A DNA stretch of 64,000 nucleotides. Source: Eledone cirrhosa (lineage: Eukaryota). The notes beneath the pieces were generated by a model. The model worked only from the letters and a program-made list of their open reading frames with translations, ran no database searches and had not been told where the DNA came from. Numbering within the stretch: position 1 is the stretch's first letter; the number at the start of each line of letters is the position of its first letter. The stretch is taken from positions 25,172,001 to 25,236,000 of the forward strand of contig OZ024754.1 in assembly GCA_964016885.1 (NCBI GenBank). The letters run 5' to 3'. This document shows positions 1 through 12,172 of this stretch, in pieces. The position numbers and the translations under genes are program-made.

Positions 1-325
1 TTGAAAAAAGTCGGTTGAGTACTTCTCGAGTTTTAGGATTCACACAAACACACACACACACAGACACACATACACACACACACACAGAGACAGACATCCT
101 CAGGGAAGTGACGTAATGCAGACAGCCAGACATACAGACAGATATTATCAGGGCGCGACGTTATATGTATGTATCTATCTAAAAAGAGAAAGACTAAGAA
201 TTATAGAGAGAGATCGCTAAATCGCCTACTGCGGTCCCTAGGGCATCGAAAATTTGAAATTGCTCAGAACACTCCCTGAAACACACACACACACAGACAT
301 CCTCAGTTTTATATATATATAGATA
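1..325. mobile_element. Probable non-autonomous Helitron/Helentron (DINE-like) remnants with (CA)n/(CAGA)n
   Basis: (CA)n followed by cagacatcctcag at ~75-103 and ~281-306, ending ttttatatatatatagat; family assignment from recalled end pattern only. Confidence 0.35.
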
Positions 326-754
326 ACATACATAAAGTTATGATATATATAAATAGATGCTATGTATAAAGATATATATAACCATTAACATTTATCAGGG
401 ACCGTAAATCCATCACTTGACTACTTCTTTAAATTTGTTGATCATATCTGATCAGCATTAAAAGTTGTTTTTATCAACAAATAAATGGCATTATTATATA
501 AGCTATCCTCACCAAAGTTTTGCAAGACTTTCGTTTAAGCTTGCCATATCTTTCATAAAACAATACCATCTACAAGTTGGTCTTCTCTCTCCATTTTTAT
601 TTTTATGAGATCTAATATAAGTTACAGATAAATGTTTTTTTCCGATGTCAAATCCATAGTTTGTACACATCTCAATGCAGTTTACTAACGATATATAGTC
701 AGATGTAATAGATTTCTGAGAAAGATTTTATAAATTATCCTCTATATTTCAAAG

Positions 755-871
755 GATGTGTTCCCGGCAAACGAAGTTAGTGATAAATTCCTAAGTTTTC
801 TCAAGGACTATCATTGGAAATTTACCCGTACCATAATGCTACCATTATTTAGTACCAGGCATTTTAAGCAC
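755..871 (+). CDS. P450 exon (C-helix): DVFPANEVSDKFLSFLKDYHWKFTRTIMLPLFSTRHFKH
   Basis: aaag|GAT ... CAC|gtaagt; 117 bp; WxxxR motif. Confidence 0.88.
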
Positions 872-2926
872 GTAAGTTTGAATTCATCTTACACTGTTTT
901 ATTTCTCTTTATCTTATCATAGTGCAAGTAGGGAGATAGTTAGGGGACCCAGAAGGACATAAGTCTCCAATGCTATTGGTTCAGCGATAAACCTATCAGA
1001 AAAAGACAGCTACTTCAATAGCTTGTGATGTTTAGCTTGTTGGGTAACGAAACATGGATCTGTTATTGAATTTTTCCAGATAAAATGTCACTGCATGTTG
1101 CATCCGAGATGAGAGGCTTATCACCGCAGAGTGTGAAGATTGTGATACCATCTGGCCTTTTGCTGTTCTCTTGGTCTAACCCCACCGGTTCGAGCTCTGA
1201 TTAGAAGCCAGCAGTGTCCAAGTCATAATGATCTCATTGAGAGCGGGATGGCATGAGGGGCAAACCACACTGAGGTGGAATGACAGATAGTGAAAGCCAA
1301 AAATATCAACAGTTGAACCGAAGTGGCATTTATGTTGTTTGAAGATCTTGATGTCCAGCCCAAGGGAACCAGCCATGTGCAGGCAGACGCTGTCCAGCTG
1401 AGCACAAGTTAACACAAGGGCACAGTTTTTAGTCAGGCACTACATTAGAGTTGGGAGTTGGAGTGGAATCATGTCAGATGCGAAGCTTTTTAGCATTGAA
1501 AAGATTGGACTGGGGTGCAAAGAAATTCCAGATTATTGTATACTGGGAAAACTTTATTGGGTTGCATGATTATTGTAACTTATGTTTAGTATGGAAAAAG
1601 AATGTTATCAGAGGACCTGTATGGTTCGGTAGATGTAAAATATAGCTAGCTTGTTTAGAGAAGCAACATATGCTATAGCTGTAGTGAGAGAATTGTTGGG
1701 TCTAGGTGGATGTAAAATATAACTAGCTTGATCAGAGGATCAAGATATGGCATAGCTGTAGTGAGAGAGTTGCCGGGATGAAGAGATAGGCCATTATATT
1801 AAATGTGGACTGTGATTAGAGGAAATATTCTATCAAGAAATCAAAAATTACCTCTCCTTAATATTTACAGCAATACAGCTCACAAAGAAAGAGTAATAAA
1901 ACAATTTTGGAATTTGAAATAATTTCAGATGATGGAACTTATGAATAAAGCAGCTCAAAATCTGGAAGAAAATTTCTCTTTGTATGCTGACAAATGCAAA
2001 GATATTGAAATGAAAAGGTGAGTATGCACTGATTTTCTTTGTGTTATATATTTAATCAATTTAAACCTCTGTTTAGAGCTGGTAAGCCACAACATACCAG
2101 GAGAGGTATCTATCATGACAGAGAGAGAGAAGGAAAAACGCAGAGAAAAGATGAAAAAAAAGGACACCTATATTTGTTGCAAGAAAAGTAACAGGACAGA
2201 GTGTGCTTTGTGAGCTATATATATATATATTAGTATCAGTGCTCTGAAATAGCGATGTATTTATGTATAGTATATTTGACAATATACTGTATGTTTATCT
2301 AAAAATATTTTGAAATCCATTCACTATGAGTTTTAAAGTTGTGACTATGTCACTTACTTAGTCTCGGCAACAACAAAGGAAAGCAACCAACGGCCGTTTA
2401 TCACTCGGTTATCAACATTGCATACACTTTCGCTTCTGCCGAGATTTATAGAAGCTGGATTCTTATAGAATTCCAGTGATGTTTAAGAGCTGATTAAACA
2501 GAGCAGTTGCCAGTCCAGCAAAAATTAGGAATTAGTTTCAGTGCTCTGAAATGTATGTATAGTATATTTGATAATATACTGTATGTTTATTTAAAAACAT
2601 TTTGAAAACCATTCATCGGTTGCTTCACTTTGTTTTTAAATATACTATACATACATTCATACATACATTTCAGAGCACTGAAACTAATTTTTGCTGGACT
2701 GGCAACTGCTCTCTTTAATCAGTTCTTAAACATCACTGGAATTCTATAAATCTTGGCAGGAGCGAATGGGTATGCAATGTTGATAACCGCTAACGAGCGA
2801 GAAACGGCCGTCTGTTGCTTCCCTTTGTTTTTGCTGAGACTAAGTGACATAGTCACTACTTTAAAAATCATAGCGAATGGTCTTCAAATTTTTTTTAAAA
2901 TAAACATACAGTATACTATACATACA

Positions 2927-2979
<53 letters not shown>

Positions 2980-3685
2980 TAGTGTGGAGGATGGACGTTA
3001 AACAATGATGATATGTGTGTGTATAGAATTAAGGTATTCGCTCCAACATAGCTGTATACATATAAGTATGCATATTTTGCTTATCTAATGATATACAGTA
3101 TGTTTATGAATAAACAATTGAAAGCCTTTAGCGATGAATTTTGGAAGTTGATGGTGTAGCATTATCTAGTGAATACCGGCTGAATCAAGAGGGGGAAATT
3201 ACCGATGATCGTTTCTGACTGATGGTTGTCATCAAGGCAGTACTCACCTTATCTCGCTTACTGCTGGAATTCAATATAAGCGAAAACACATAGTTTTGAT
3301 GCCTATGTACATGGGCTGATTAGTCCATTTGCATATGGAGTAAACATACCGTATATCTGAGATGACATTTCTTGGTACCATTGGTGTACATACCTACATG
3401 CATACAAATATATGTATACATGTATATATGTATGTGTGTATCTATTTATTATTTTGTTCTACTTTATATTCAGTGTCTTTTCAAACTACACAGTTGATTT
3501 GATTGCCACTACAGCATTCGGTGTTGAAGTAAATTCTCAAAAGAATCCCGAACATAAGATTATAAGGAGTTTTGAGAGATTTTTTCAAGTCAATTTTATT
3601 GACCCAATTTCTTCGATTCAAGGTAGATGTTCATTAAATTACTTCTGATAAGTGATGTCTTAGAATTAAGTTTGTAACATGACCG

Positions 3686-3718
<33 letters not shown>

Positions 3719-6700
3719 AGGCATACACACACATGGCTTCTATTCTCCGTCATGCATGGATGGGCTGTGGTCAGTGTTGTGATCAGTTCAGTCTTTGATG
3801 TTGTTGGACCAGGAATTTCTTTAGCTGCCTTTTCTTCACCCTCCCTTGGCTCTGAAGAATGGCTTTAGACAAGGAGCCATGGTGAGTTACATGGCTTTTA
3901 GACAGGAGTCATCGTGATATACATGGTAAGAGTCGTTCCTGACTGTCAGTATATTTATTGACTTGTTTGTTTTGTGTTCTGTGTATGGTGTGTCTAGCAG
4001 CTGTCTAAAGCACTTGTGTTTGAATACCTGGACTCCTTGTTCTTTGTCAGCTGTAAGAGCCCAGCTCTCACCCCCATCGAGAAGAGGCCAAGTCTTGTCA
4101 TTATCTCATTTTGATATCTGATGTCCTTGGTCAGAGTGAACCCGAGATACCCAAAGGTGTCCGCATATTCAAGTCTTCCTCCATTCAGCATGATGTTGGT
4201 TGCAATATTCTGATTATTACTATTAATCAGAATCTTGCTCTTTTCTGAGCTGATCTCCAAACCTAGTCTTCTTGAACTCACTCCCCAAATTGTTGCACTC
4301 TACTCTTCTTACTCATGAACAGCCTTCAACTAAGGATCTCAAACTCTTTACAAATGCTATGCTAGCTCTGAAGGCACATCAAAATTCTAAACATTTCTTT
4401 CTCTGCAGAGTGAAACCATTGATTGACAGCTTAACATAGAATAGCAAAATCGGTAGATTGTCAAACTAAATGCATATTAACATTCTAAATTATAATGTAA
4501 TTTATAAAAATCTGAGCATCAAATACTGTTTCAAATCCTCCATCATTTTACGAAGACTATAAATGTATGTATGGTCCCATAATTCCTGATAGTCACAGGG
4601 GCACTGTATTGACATACTGCATTTCTTGGACATTTTTAAACCTGGAAGAGCCCATCCCTCTCCGGGTCTGAGTACAGCAGACTTCTTCCTAAGAAAGATA
4701 GAAAGTGAGAGAGATGAAATTAGAAAGAGATATACAGGAAGAATCGACCCCAGTGCTAGACTGGTACTTCTTTATCGACCTCAAAAGGATGAAAGGCAAA
4801 GTTGACCAAGACCATAAATACTTAAACACAAAAGTTTCTTATTACATTTCTAGAAGAGATAAGTGTATTTATTCACAGAGAAATGCAGTTGATCATAACA
4901 AATTGAACACCTTATTGTTGAATTCCTTCGAATAAATGTTGTTGTATTTCATGTAATCATGGGTAAATCAGATATTCCCATTTTGTTTCAGCAACATTTC
5001 CACCAATTCTAAAAGTTATGAAGTTTTTTGGAATCGAAAGCAACTTTGACAAAACGATGAGAGAAATATCTGAGTTTGCCAGAGCAATTGTAGAAAGTCG
5101 AATAAAAAATAACACGGTATGAAATATCTACTTTATATTTTATATTATCGAGTATTCTAGATTTCATTGTCCTGAAAATAATTTGAGTTTGTGTAAAATG
5201 GTGCTCATAAAGAACAAAGACAATAGGATTTAATGCTAACAAGGTATGTAATAGGCCACTGCCTGAGTATCTAGGGCCCTAGATTTATTGTACAATCACT
5301 TCACATGTATAGATATAGCGTTTAATGCATAGCAAATCTCATGTATTTAAGGGGTTAAAAGTTGTCAGCAGAAGGTCACACAGGAGTCATGACATAAAAG
5401 CAGCCAAGTCTTGTATAGTGTAAGGATTTAAGGGCAGAAACACTTGCATGTGGGAGGTTTCTTCTCTCTGAAGACCTTCTGTTGTCCAGTTTTTCTGAGG
5501 GTTTCTTATTAATATTTGTAAATGTTCTGATTACTTTCAGGTAAGAAAAGATTTCATCCAATTGTTGTTAGAGGCAAAATTTGAAAATATTGATCAAATT
5601 GATGATGATATGAAACATGAGCTGGAGACCCTTGAATATAAAAACTTAAAAGACTGGAGGACAAAAAGAGGTACATTAGTTTTAATAATGGTTTCTGATT
5701 TAGGCACAAGGGCAACAAAATTTTGGTGGGGTGGGGAGAGTCGATTAAATTGACCCCTGTGTATGTACTTTATTATATCAACCTCGTAAGGATGAAAGGC
5801 AGGATTTGAACTCAGATTATAAAGGACCGTAACTGTCACATATCATGTTGTCCGACGCTCTACCAATACTTTCAATCCAATAATACTCATAATATTAGAA
5901 AGTAACACAAAAATGTACATATTACTCATAAATCTAGTGTTCTTTTTTCATCTTTTTTTTCTATTGGTTTCAGTCATTAAACTGTGGCCATACTGCAGCA
6001 TCATATTAAAGGGATTTAGTCGATTATATTAACTCAGTACTTCTTTTTTTCAAGTTTTGATAAGTATTTTGTTGATCCTGTAGGGTACGGAACATACAAA
6101 CAGTAAATGTACACACATTCGCAGACACAGACTCACATGTATACATACATACCTATACATACACATCATCATCATCATTTAACATACGTTTTCCCTTCTA
6201 GCAAGGGTTGGGTGGGTGATCAAAGATCAAGTAAGTAGTTAATCAGAGCAACTGATCAATCAAATGAGCCAAGAGTCATACATACGTTCCAGCATTGTTC
6301 AGTTCACTAGGTGTAATTTCTTGTGACACTAGCAGTAGGGAGGTTGCCATGTCTTTAATACAATAGAACAGTCTTGATGTTTTGTTTGGTTAGATACCCT
6401 TCATATCGCCAACCATTTAAAACAGTGTACTGGGTGTATCAACACCAGAAAGGAGGTTGTCAAGCCCTTAACATACCTAAAGAATCCTCCCAATCCTTTG
6501 TATGGCAATGTTGTATTCTCAGCAGGGGTATATTTCATCATCGTTTCCATTTTTCTAACCTCAGGTCTCACAAATGATGAAATTATTGCCCAGATGGTGT
6601 TGTTTTTGTTTGCTGCACATTTAACAACGTCAAATACCTTGTCGTTCTTTTCTTATATCCTTGCTACTCAACCTGAAATTCAGCAAAAGGTATATGAAGA

Positions 6701-8812
6701 AGTGATGGAAGTTGTTGGTGACGTGAGTTACATTAGCTTTTACATTATAATAAATTAGAATACTCCCCCTCCTCCTCATCATCACCTTCTCCCTCTACCT
6801 CCCCCTCTTCATTATCATCATCTTCATCTTTGTCATCATCATCTCAGTATATGTAGAATCTACTATTTCTGTATTTACAGGAGACCCCCACCTATGAAAC
6901 TTTAAATAAACTGCAATATTTAGATCAGTGTATGTCTGAAGTACTTAGGATGTATCCTCCATCACTCAGGTATTGTCACAACATTTAAATATTGTTCCTT
7001 ATAAAGAGATAAACCTAGAATGGCTTCTGTTGGACCTCCGTTGGTTTCAACAGTGAGTGTTTCAGTTGTTTGAACAACAGAACAGCCAACTTGTGAAATT
7101 AATGTGTAAGTGGCTCAGTATTTTATAGACATGTGTACCATTAACACCATAATTGTCAGGGAGATTCAGTGTGACACAGGGTGTAACAAGGATGTCTCGT
7201 TGAATTACAGGTTATTTTCATTAAGTCATAGTACCATTGGTGAAACAACTGAAAAACTCATTATCAGAACAGACGGAGGACCAGCAACAGTCATGCTGGT
7301 CATATTACCTTCAAAGTCCTAGCTGGTTATATCTATTCAAGGACTTTACTGGAACAGTTTTTACCAATTTTGATGGTCTACCTTCAAAGACCTAGCTGGT
7401 TATATCTATTCCAGGACTTTACTGGAACAGTTTTATCAAATTTGATGGTCTACCTTCAAAGACCTAGCTGGTTATATCTATTCCAGGACTTTACTGGAAC
7501 AGTTTTTATCAACTTTGATAGTGTACCTTCAAAGACCTAGCTGGTTATATCTATTCCAGGACTTTACTGGAACAGTTTTTACCAATTTTGATGGTCTACC
7601 TTCAAAGACCTAGCTGGTTATATCTATTCCAGGACTTTACTGGAACAGTTTTATCAAATTTGATGCTCTACCTTCAAAGACCTAGCTGGTTATATCTATT
7701 CCAGGACTTTACTGGAACAGTTTTATCAACTTTGATGGTCTACCTTCAAAGACCTAGCTGGTTATATCTATTCCACGACTTTACTGGAACAGTTTTATCA
7801 ACTTTGTTGAGTAAGTTTTCGTCTATATTCAATATAATCATACTTCTATATTAATTGCTCTAAATAATTAAACATTTTCAATGTTATGTTTTCATGAAGA
7901 CTCCAGAGAAATACCAAAGAAACTGTTGAAATAAATGGCTGGATAATTCCTAAAGACACAGCTGTTAACGTATCCATTTACACTCTTCATCATGACCCTA
8001 AATACTGGCCTGAACCCCATAAATTTATACCAGAGAGGTAAGAAAATTATTTCAATTTTGATATCAGAAAATGAAAAAAAATGTAGGCTTAAAAATAATC
8101 TAACCTAAATGGTATTCAATTAGGTTTAAAGGGTATTAAAGATTAAAAATGTATTTGAATAATGAAATATTTCTAAAATGTCATCTTAAATTACCTCACA
8201 ACCCTATAATGGTGCCTGGTTGAACATCGTACCCATGCTCAAAGCTGGTTTTCAGCTGGTCAGTGACTCTCTGCACATCAATGTTTCCCTAAGGTTTGGC
8301 CTCCAAAACTGCGAGCAACACAAATGTTGCTGTGGATCCACGGCAAATGCTTTTGGGCTTCACTCTGTCATGCCGCCACTGTGTGGGTTACCCCTCATGC
8401 CAAGACGCTGTCTAGGAGATCATTATGACTTGGACACTGCTGGCTTCTAATCACAGTGAATTCAATAACAGATCCATGTTTCGTTACCTAACAAGGTAAA
8501 CATCACAAGCTGTTGAAGTATTTGTCTTTTTCTGATAGGTTTATCGCTGAACACTCTGATAGGTTTATAGCATTGGACACTTATGACCTTCTGGGTCTGC
8601 TAACTGTTTCCCTACTGTCTGTTATTGGGATGCAGATAATTTTGATGGTGTCACTGACAACAATGGATGTATTATTATTTTTTGCAAAAATGATTCAAAT
8701 GAAAACATTAAACCTCTCTCTCTGTCTCTCTCACTCTCTCATTTTCTCTGTCTCTGTCAGTCTCTCTCTCTTTCTCTTTCTCTTTCTCTCTCTCTTTCTC
8801 TCTCACTCTCTC

Positions 8813-8857
<45 letters not shown>

Positions 8858-10016
8858 GTCTCTGTATGGTTTTTTGGAAGTGGTCAGGCTGGATGTTCGT
8901 GTACATATAGTCCCTTTTGTTTTGATATGCCATACAAGGTGGTGCTGAAAAGTTCCTGTCTTTTGGTAAAAGAAAATAGAGGAGGATCAGTTAATTATTA
9001 TCTTATTCAACATATTCCCCTCACAGATGCACACACTTATTGCAACAGTCCTACCTCCTCTCTTAAGGTAACAGCTCTACCCAACATCCTCTCGTATAAC
9101 TGCTTTTATTGAAAGTCAAAATTAAATGAAGAATTTATTATATTTACACATATTTTGTTATCCTCTTCGATTTATTGTATTCTATTTAATTGCTAGATTT
9201 GCTCCTGAAGCAAAAGACAAAATAAATCCTTATGCCTACATGCCATTTGGAATGGGACCAAGAATCTGTATAGGAATTAAAATGGCAAGATTCGAATTTA
9301 AGCTAGCCATTGTTAGCACACTCAGAAAATATAAATTTGTGAAATCTCCTAAAACCGAGGTAATATGAAACTTTTTGTTCTTCTTCCATTTATTCCTGAG
9401 AGGGTTGTGGGGGAGTCCTCCAACACTCCTTTCAAATGAAGCTCCCAGTGAGGTTCAGTGGCATCTGCCTCTGATCCACATCAGATCTGGCACAACTGAC
9501 TTACTTCTCCTCCAATCACACCCTCCTCAGCATGACGGCAGAACCTGACATGATCCAAGAACTAGTGTAGGCTCTGGTCGACTGGACCAGCAAAGGCCTC
9601 TTCATTTCCTTGTATACAAATGTCCAACATAACTGTGACAACTCTGAGACCTAGGTGTAGAGTTTGTTACCCACTCCCCTTCTTCCTTTCTTTCTTCCTT
9701 TGTCTATTAGTCCTTGCTCTTCTCATTTTCCTATCCTCCATGGCACTTATAGTCCTTCCCAATACTTCTTTCTTTTTCTGTATGTTTAACCAATTTATAA
9801 TTATATCAACAATATAATTCCTGTCTTTTGGATTCAATTATGAAATAGATCTTGAATAATATTGAATACAGTCCTAAACTATTGCTCAATTATCTGAAAC
9901 TGTTAAGTACTTACATCATTTTTTGTTATTTCTTTTACCAGATACCTCTTAAAACAGGAGGACAAATATTTCTTTACGCCCAGAATGGCACATGGTTGAG
10001 GGTTGAAAAACGATGA
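755..10016 (+). CDS. CYP3A-like: Cytochrome P450, clan 3 (CYP3A-like); 5'-partial spliced gene with 10 coding exons in window: 755-871, 1929-2017, 3474-3622, 4992-5116, 5541-5670, 6565-6722, 6881-6969, 7900-8037, 9197-9359, 9942-10016
   Basis: All introns are GT-AG and phases join into one open frame ending TGA 10014-10016. Motifs: WKFTR (WxxxR), DFIQLLL, EVLR (ExxR), PERF, PFGMGPRICIG (heme Cys). Exon lengths 89, 149, 89+138=227 and 163 match vertebrate CYP3A exons 6, 7, 11 and 12 as recalled. N-terminal exons lie upstream of the window. Confidence 0.95.
945..1410 (-). mobile_element. 3' fragment of a CRE-like non-LTR retrotransposon (Zn knuckle + restriction-like endonuclease), degenerate
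   Basis: Minus strand: ...QHKCHFGSTVDIFGFH...HPALNEII / AGF*SELEPVGLDQENSKRPDGITIFTLCGDKPLISDATCSD; homologous to 8208-8600 and 24358-24885. Confidence 0.75.
1929..2017 (+). CDS. P450 exon: MMELMNKAAQNLEENFSLYADKCKDIEMK
   Basis: ttcag|ATG ... AG|gtgagt; 89 bp. Confidence 0.9.
2216..2978. mobile_element. Inverted pair of ~300-bp retrozyme-like monomers flanked by (TA)n; related to the 310-bp satellite
   Basis: 2232-2615 and 2640-2930 are reverse complements. gtgctctgaaat recurs at 2239 and 2541. Hammerhead at 2774-2818 (+) and a degenerate one at 2383-2421 (-). Confidence 0.75.
2774..2818 (+). ncRNA. Type I hammerhead ribozyme motif, U3-A8 core variant
   Basis: GCAATG-TTGATAA-c CGCT aacg AGCG a-GAAA-CGGCCG-TC-TGTTGC. 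Confidence 0.68.
3474..3622 (+). CDS. P450 exon: VFSNYTVDLIATTAFGVEVNSQKNPEH...
   Basis: ttcag|T ... G|gtagat; 149 bp; clan-3 DxIxxTAFG motif. Confidence 0.93.
3686..4285 (-). mobile_element. RTE-clade LINE 3' fragment, degenerate
   Basis: LGLEISSEKSKILIN...DTFGYLGFTLTKD...NEIMTRLG (RT thumb region), HVTHHGSLSKAILQ, (GT)n-rich tail. Confidence 0.75.
4738..4810 (-). mobile_element. SINE fragment (Meta-domain-like core); related copies at ~5690-5870, ~21000-21070, ~21950-22130
   Basis: gaatcgaccccagt...ctggtactt...ttatcgacc...aggatgaaaggcaaagttgacc; family name from memory. Confidence 0.55.
4992..5116 (+). CDS. P450 exon (F/G region): TFPPILKVMKFFGIESNFDKTMREISEFARAIVESRIKNNT
   Basis: ttcag|CA ... 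ACG|gtatga; 125 bp; phase fits both neighbours. Confidence 0.87.
5541..5670 (+). CDS. P450 exon (H-helix): VRKDFIQLLLEAKFENIDQIDDDMKHELETLEYKNLKDWRTKR
   Basis: tttcag|GTA ... G|gtacat; 130 bp; DFxQL motif. Confidence 0.88.
5690..5870 (-). mobile_element. tRNA-derived SINE, same family as 4738-4810
   Basis: gtcgattaaattgacccc...aaggatgaaaggcaggatttgaactc (B-box-like gagttcaaatcc on minus strand). Confidence 0.55.
6164..6480 (-). mobile_element. Degenerate SINE with (ATG)n tail
   Basis: catcatcatcatcatttaacatacgttttcc end pattern recalled from octopus SINEs; duplicated at ~22423-22740. Confidence 0.4.
6565..6722 (+). CDS. P450 exon (I-helix): LTNDEIIAQMVLFLFAAHLTTSNTLSFFSYILATQPEIQQKVYEEVMEVVGD
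   Basis: ctcag|GT ... GAC|gtgagt; 158 bp. Confidence 0.93.
6881..6969 (+). CDS. P450 exon (K-helix): ETPTYETLNKLQYLDQCMSEVLRMYPPSL
   Basis: tacag|GAG ... AG|gtattg; ExxR motif. Confidence 0.93.
7085..7210 (-). mobile_element. Cephalopod-type SINE fragment; longer in the duplicate (23490-23725)
   Basis: ttgtgaaattaatgtg...agggagattcagtgtgacacag...ttgaattacagg. Confidence 0.45.
7306..7808 (+). repeat. Intronic minisatellite, 72-73 bp x 7
   Basis: ccttcaaagacctagctgg... units start at 7308, 7381, 7453, 7526, 7599, 7671, 7743; only 2 units in the duplicate (23822, 23894). Confidence 0.93.
7900..8037 (+). CDS. P450 exon: [46 protein letters not shown]
   Basis: gaag|A ... AG|gtaaga; HHDPxxWPEPxxFxPER motif. 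Confidence 0.93.
8208..8600 (+). mobile_element. CRE-like retrotransposon 3' fragment with internal ~130-bp deletion
   Basis: GAWLNIVP...SLRFGLQNCEQHKCCCGSTANAFGLH; KYLSFSDRF...IALDTYD. Confidence 0.7.
8713..8853 (+). repeat. (CT)n microsatellite
   Basis: Direct reading. Confidence 0.9.
9197..9359 (+). CDS. P450 exon (heme-binding): FAPEAKDKINPYAYMPFGMGPRICIGIKMARFEFKLAIVSTLRKYKFVKSPKTE
   Basis: ctag|A ... GAG|gtaata; 163 bp; FxxGxRxCxG motif. Confidence 0.95.
9942..10016 (+). CDS. P450 last coding exon: IPLKTGGQIFLYAQNGTWLRVEKR*
   Basis: Polypyrimidine tract + ccag|ATA; stop TGA; clan-3-like C-terminus. Confidence 0.88.
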   Translation: MPLKTGGQIFLYAQNGTWLRVEKR

Positions 10017-10037
10017 TTATAAAAGATGTGTTTGATG

Positions 10038-10125
10038 AATAAAATTATAAAAATATTTTCCAGTAGAAGAGATTGGAACATTCTTTTAATGTTGTGTAAT
10101 TCTGATTTTAACTTTATAAAATAAA
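10038..10125 (+). promoter_or_regulatory. Candidate polyadenylation signals of the P450 gene
   Basis: AATAAA at 10038-10043 and 10120-10125 after the stop; AT-rich context makes chance matches possible. Confidence 0.4.
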
Positions 10126-10496
10126 ATCTGTCAATTTTACATTATTTGTTAATATTGATACTTTATGTGTAATGTTTATCTCACTAATACATATATGTAT
10201 ATATAAACATATATGTATATATATTGTTATACTTTGGAAGGGTCATGCTGCCAATAAAATCATTGTAAATACTTATAAATGCTTAACACTTTAGCAAATC
10301 GTAAATAAAATACAAGTTAAAAAAACACATAAATACACTACGCCATTTCCTTTGTCTTAAATACGCTAAAATTAAAATTTCTCTCGTTTGTTTCTTTTTG
10401 AACCTAATGTAGTTACGTATATTGCCATTTTTACAGATTAGTAATATTTGATCAGGTAGAATTCTCTCTCAATATATAGTCACCCGTTTCCTCCCA

Positions 10497-11672
<1,176 letters not shown>

Positions 11673-11676
<4 letters not shown>

Positions 11677-12155
11677 TGAATGTATATATAGTGTATTTTG
11701 CAATACACTGTATGCTTAATTAAAAGCATTTTGAAGACCATACGCTATTGTTTTAAAGTAGCGACATTGACACTTACTTAAATTTTCGGCAGTCGGGGAG
11801 AGTACTGAGTTTTGACAAGTACCAAGCAAGTACCGAAACAGCGCTGTAAACTTATCTCCCCCCGACTGCCGAAAATTTAAGTAAGCAACAACGTAGCTAC
11901 TTTAAACAATAGCGTATGGTTTTCAAAATGCTTTTAATTAAGCATACAGTGTATTGCAAAATACACTACATATACATTCATATACGTATATATCGCTATT
12001 TCAGAGCACCAATTCTAATTTTCAATTTTTGCTGGGCCGGCGACCGCTCTGTAAAATCAGTTCCTGATTGTTACTGGAATTCAATAAGAATCCAACATAC
12101 ATAATTTTCGGCAGACGGGGAGAGTACTGAGTTTTGACAAGTACCAATTAGTACG
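11673..12155 (+). mobile_element. Retrozyme-like foldback plus partial tandem (period 322 bp)
   Basis: Arms 11673-11800 and 11855-11983 are inverted; agtactgagttttgacaagtacc occurs at 11801 and 12123. Confidence 0.72.
11806..11854 (+). ncRNA. Type I hammerhead ribozyme motif, U3-A8 core variant
   Basis: TGAGTT-TTGACAA-GTAC caagcaa GTAC c-GAAA-CAGCGCTG-TA-AACTTA; stem I extends through ggcagtcggggaga / tctccccccgactgcc. Confidence 0.72.
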
Positions 12156-12172
12156 AACAGGGGTTGGGGTTG

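Noticed and set aside
620-700. Possible upstream P450 exon (FTN-like codons)
   Set aside because: In-frame stops and no suitable splice sites or DPD/VK motif.
8208-8600. Link between the CRE-like fragments and the telomeric tract (some fungal CRE-clade elements target telomeres)
   Set aside because: These copies sit in introns with no flanking telomeric repeats.
8513-9112. 199-aa ORF
   Set aside because: Intronic; made of a retroelement remnant plus (CT)n and broken in the duplicate.
9398-9770. GC-richer intronic segment, possibly a LINE 3' end
   Set aside because: No motif could be identified with confidence.
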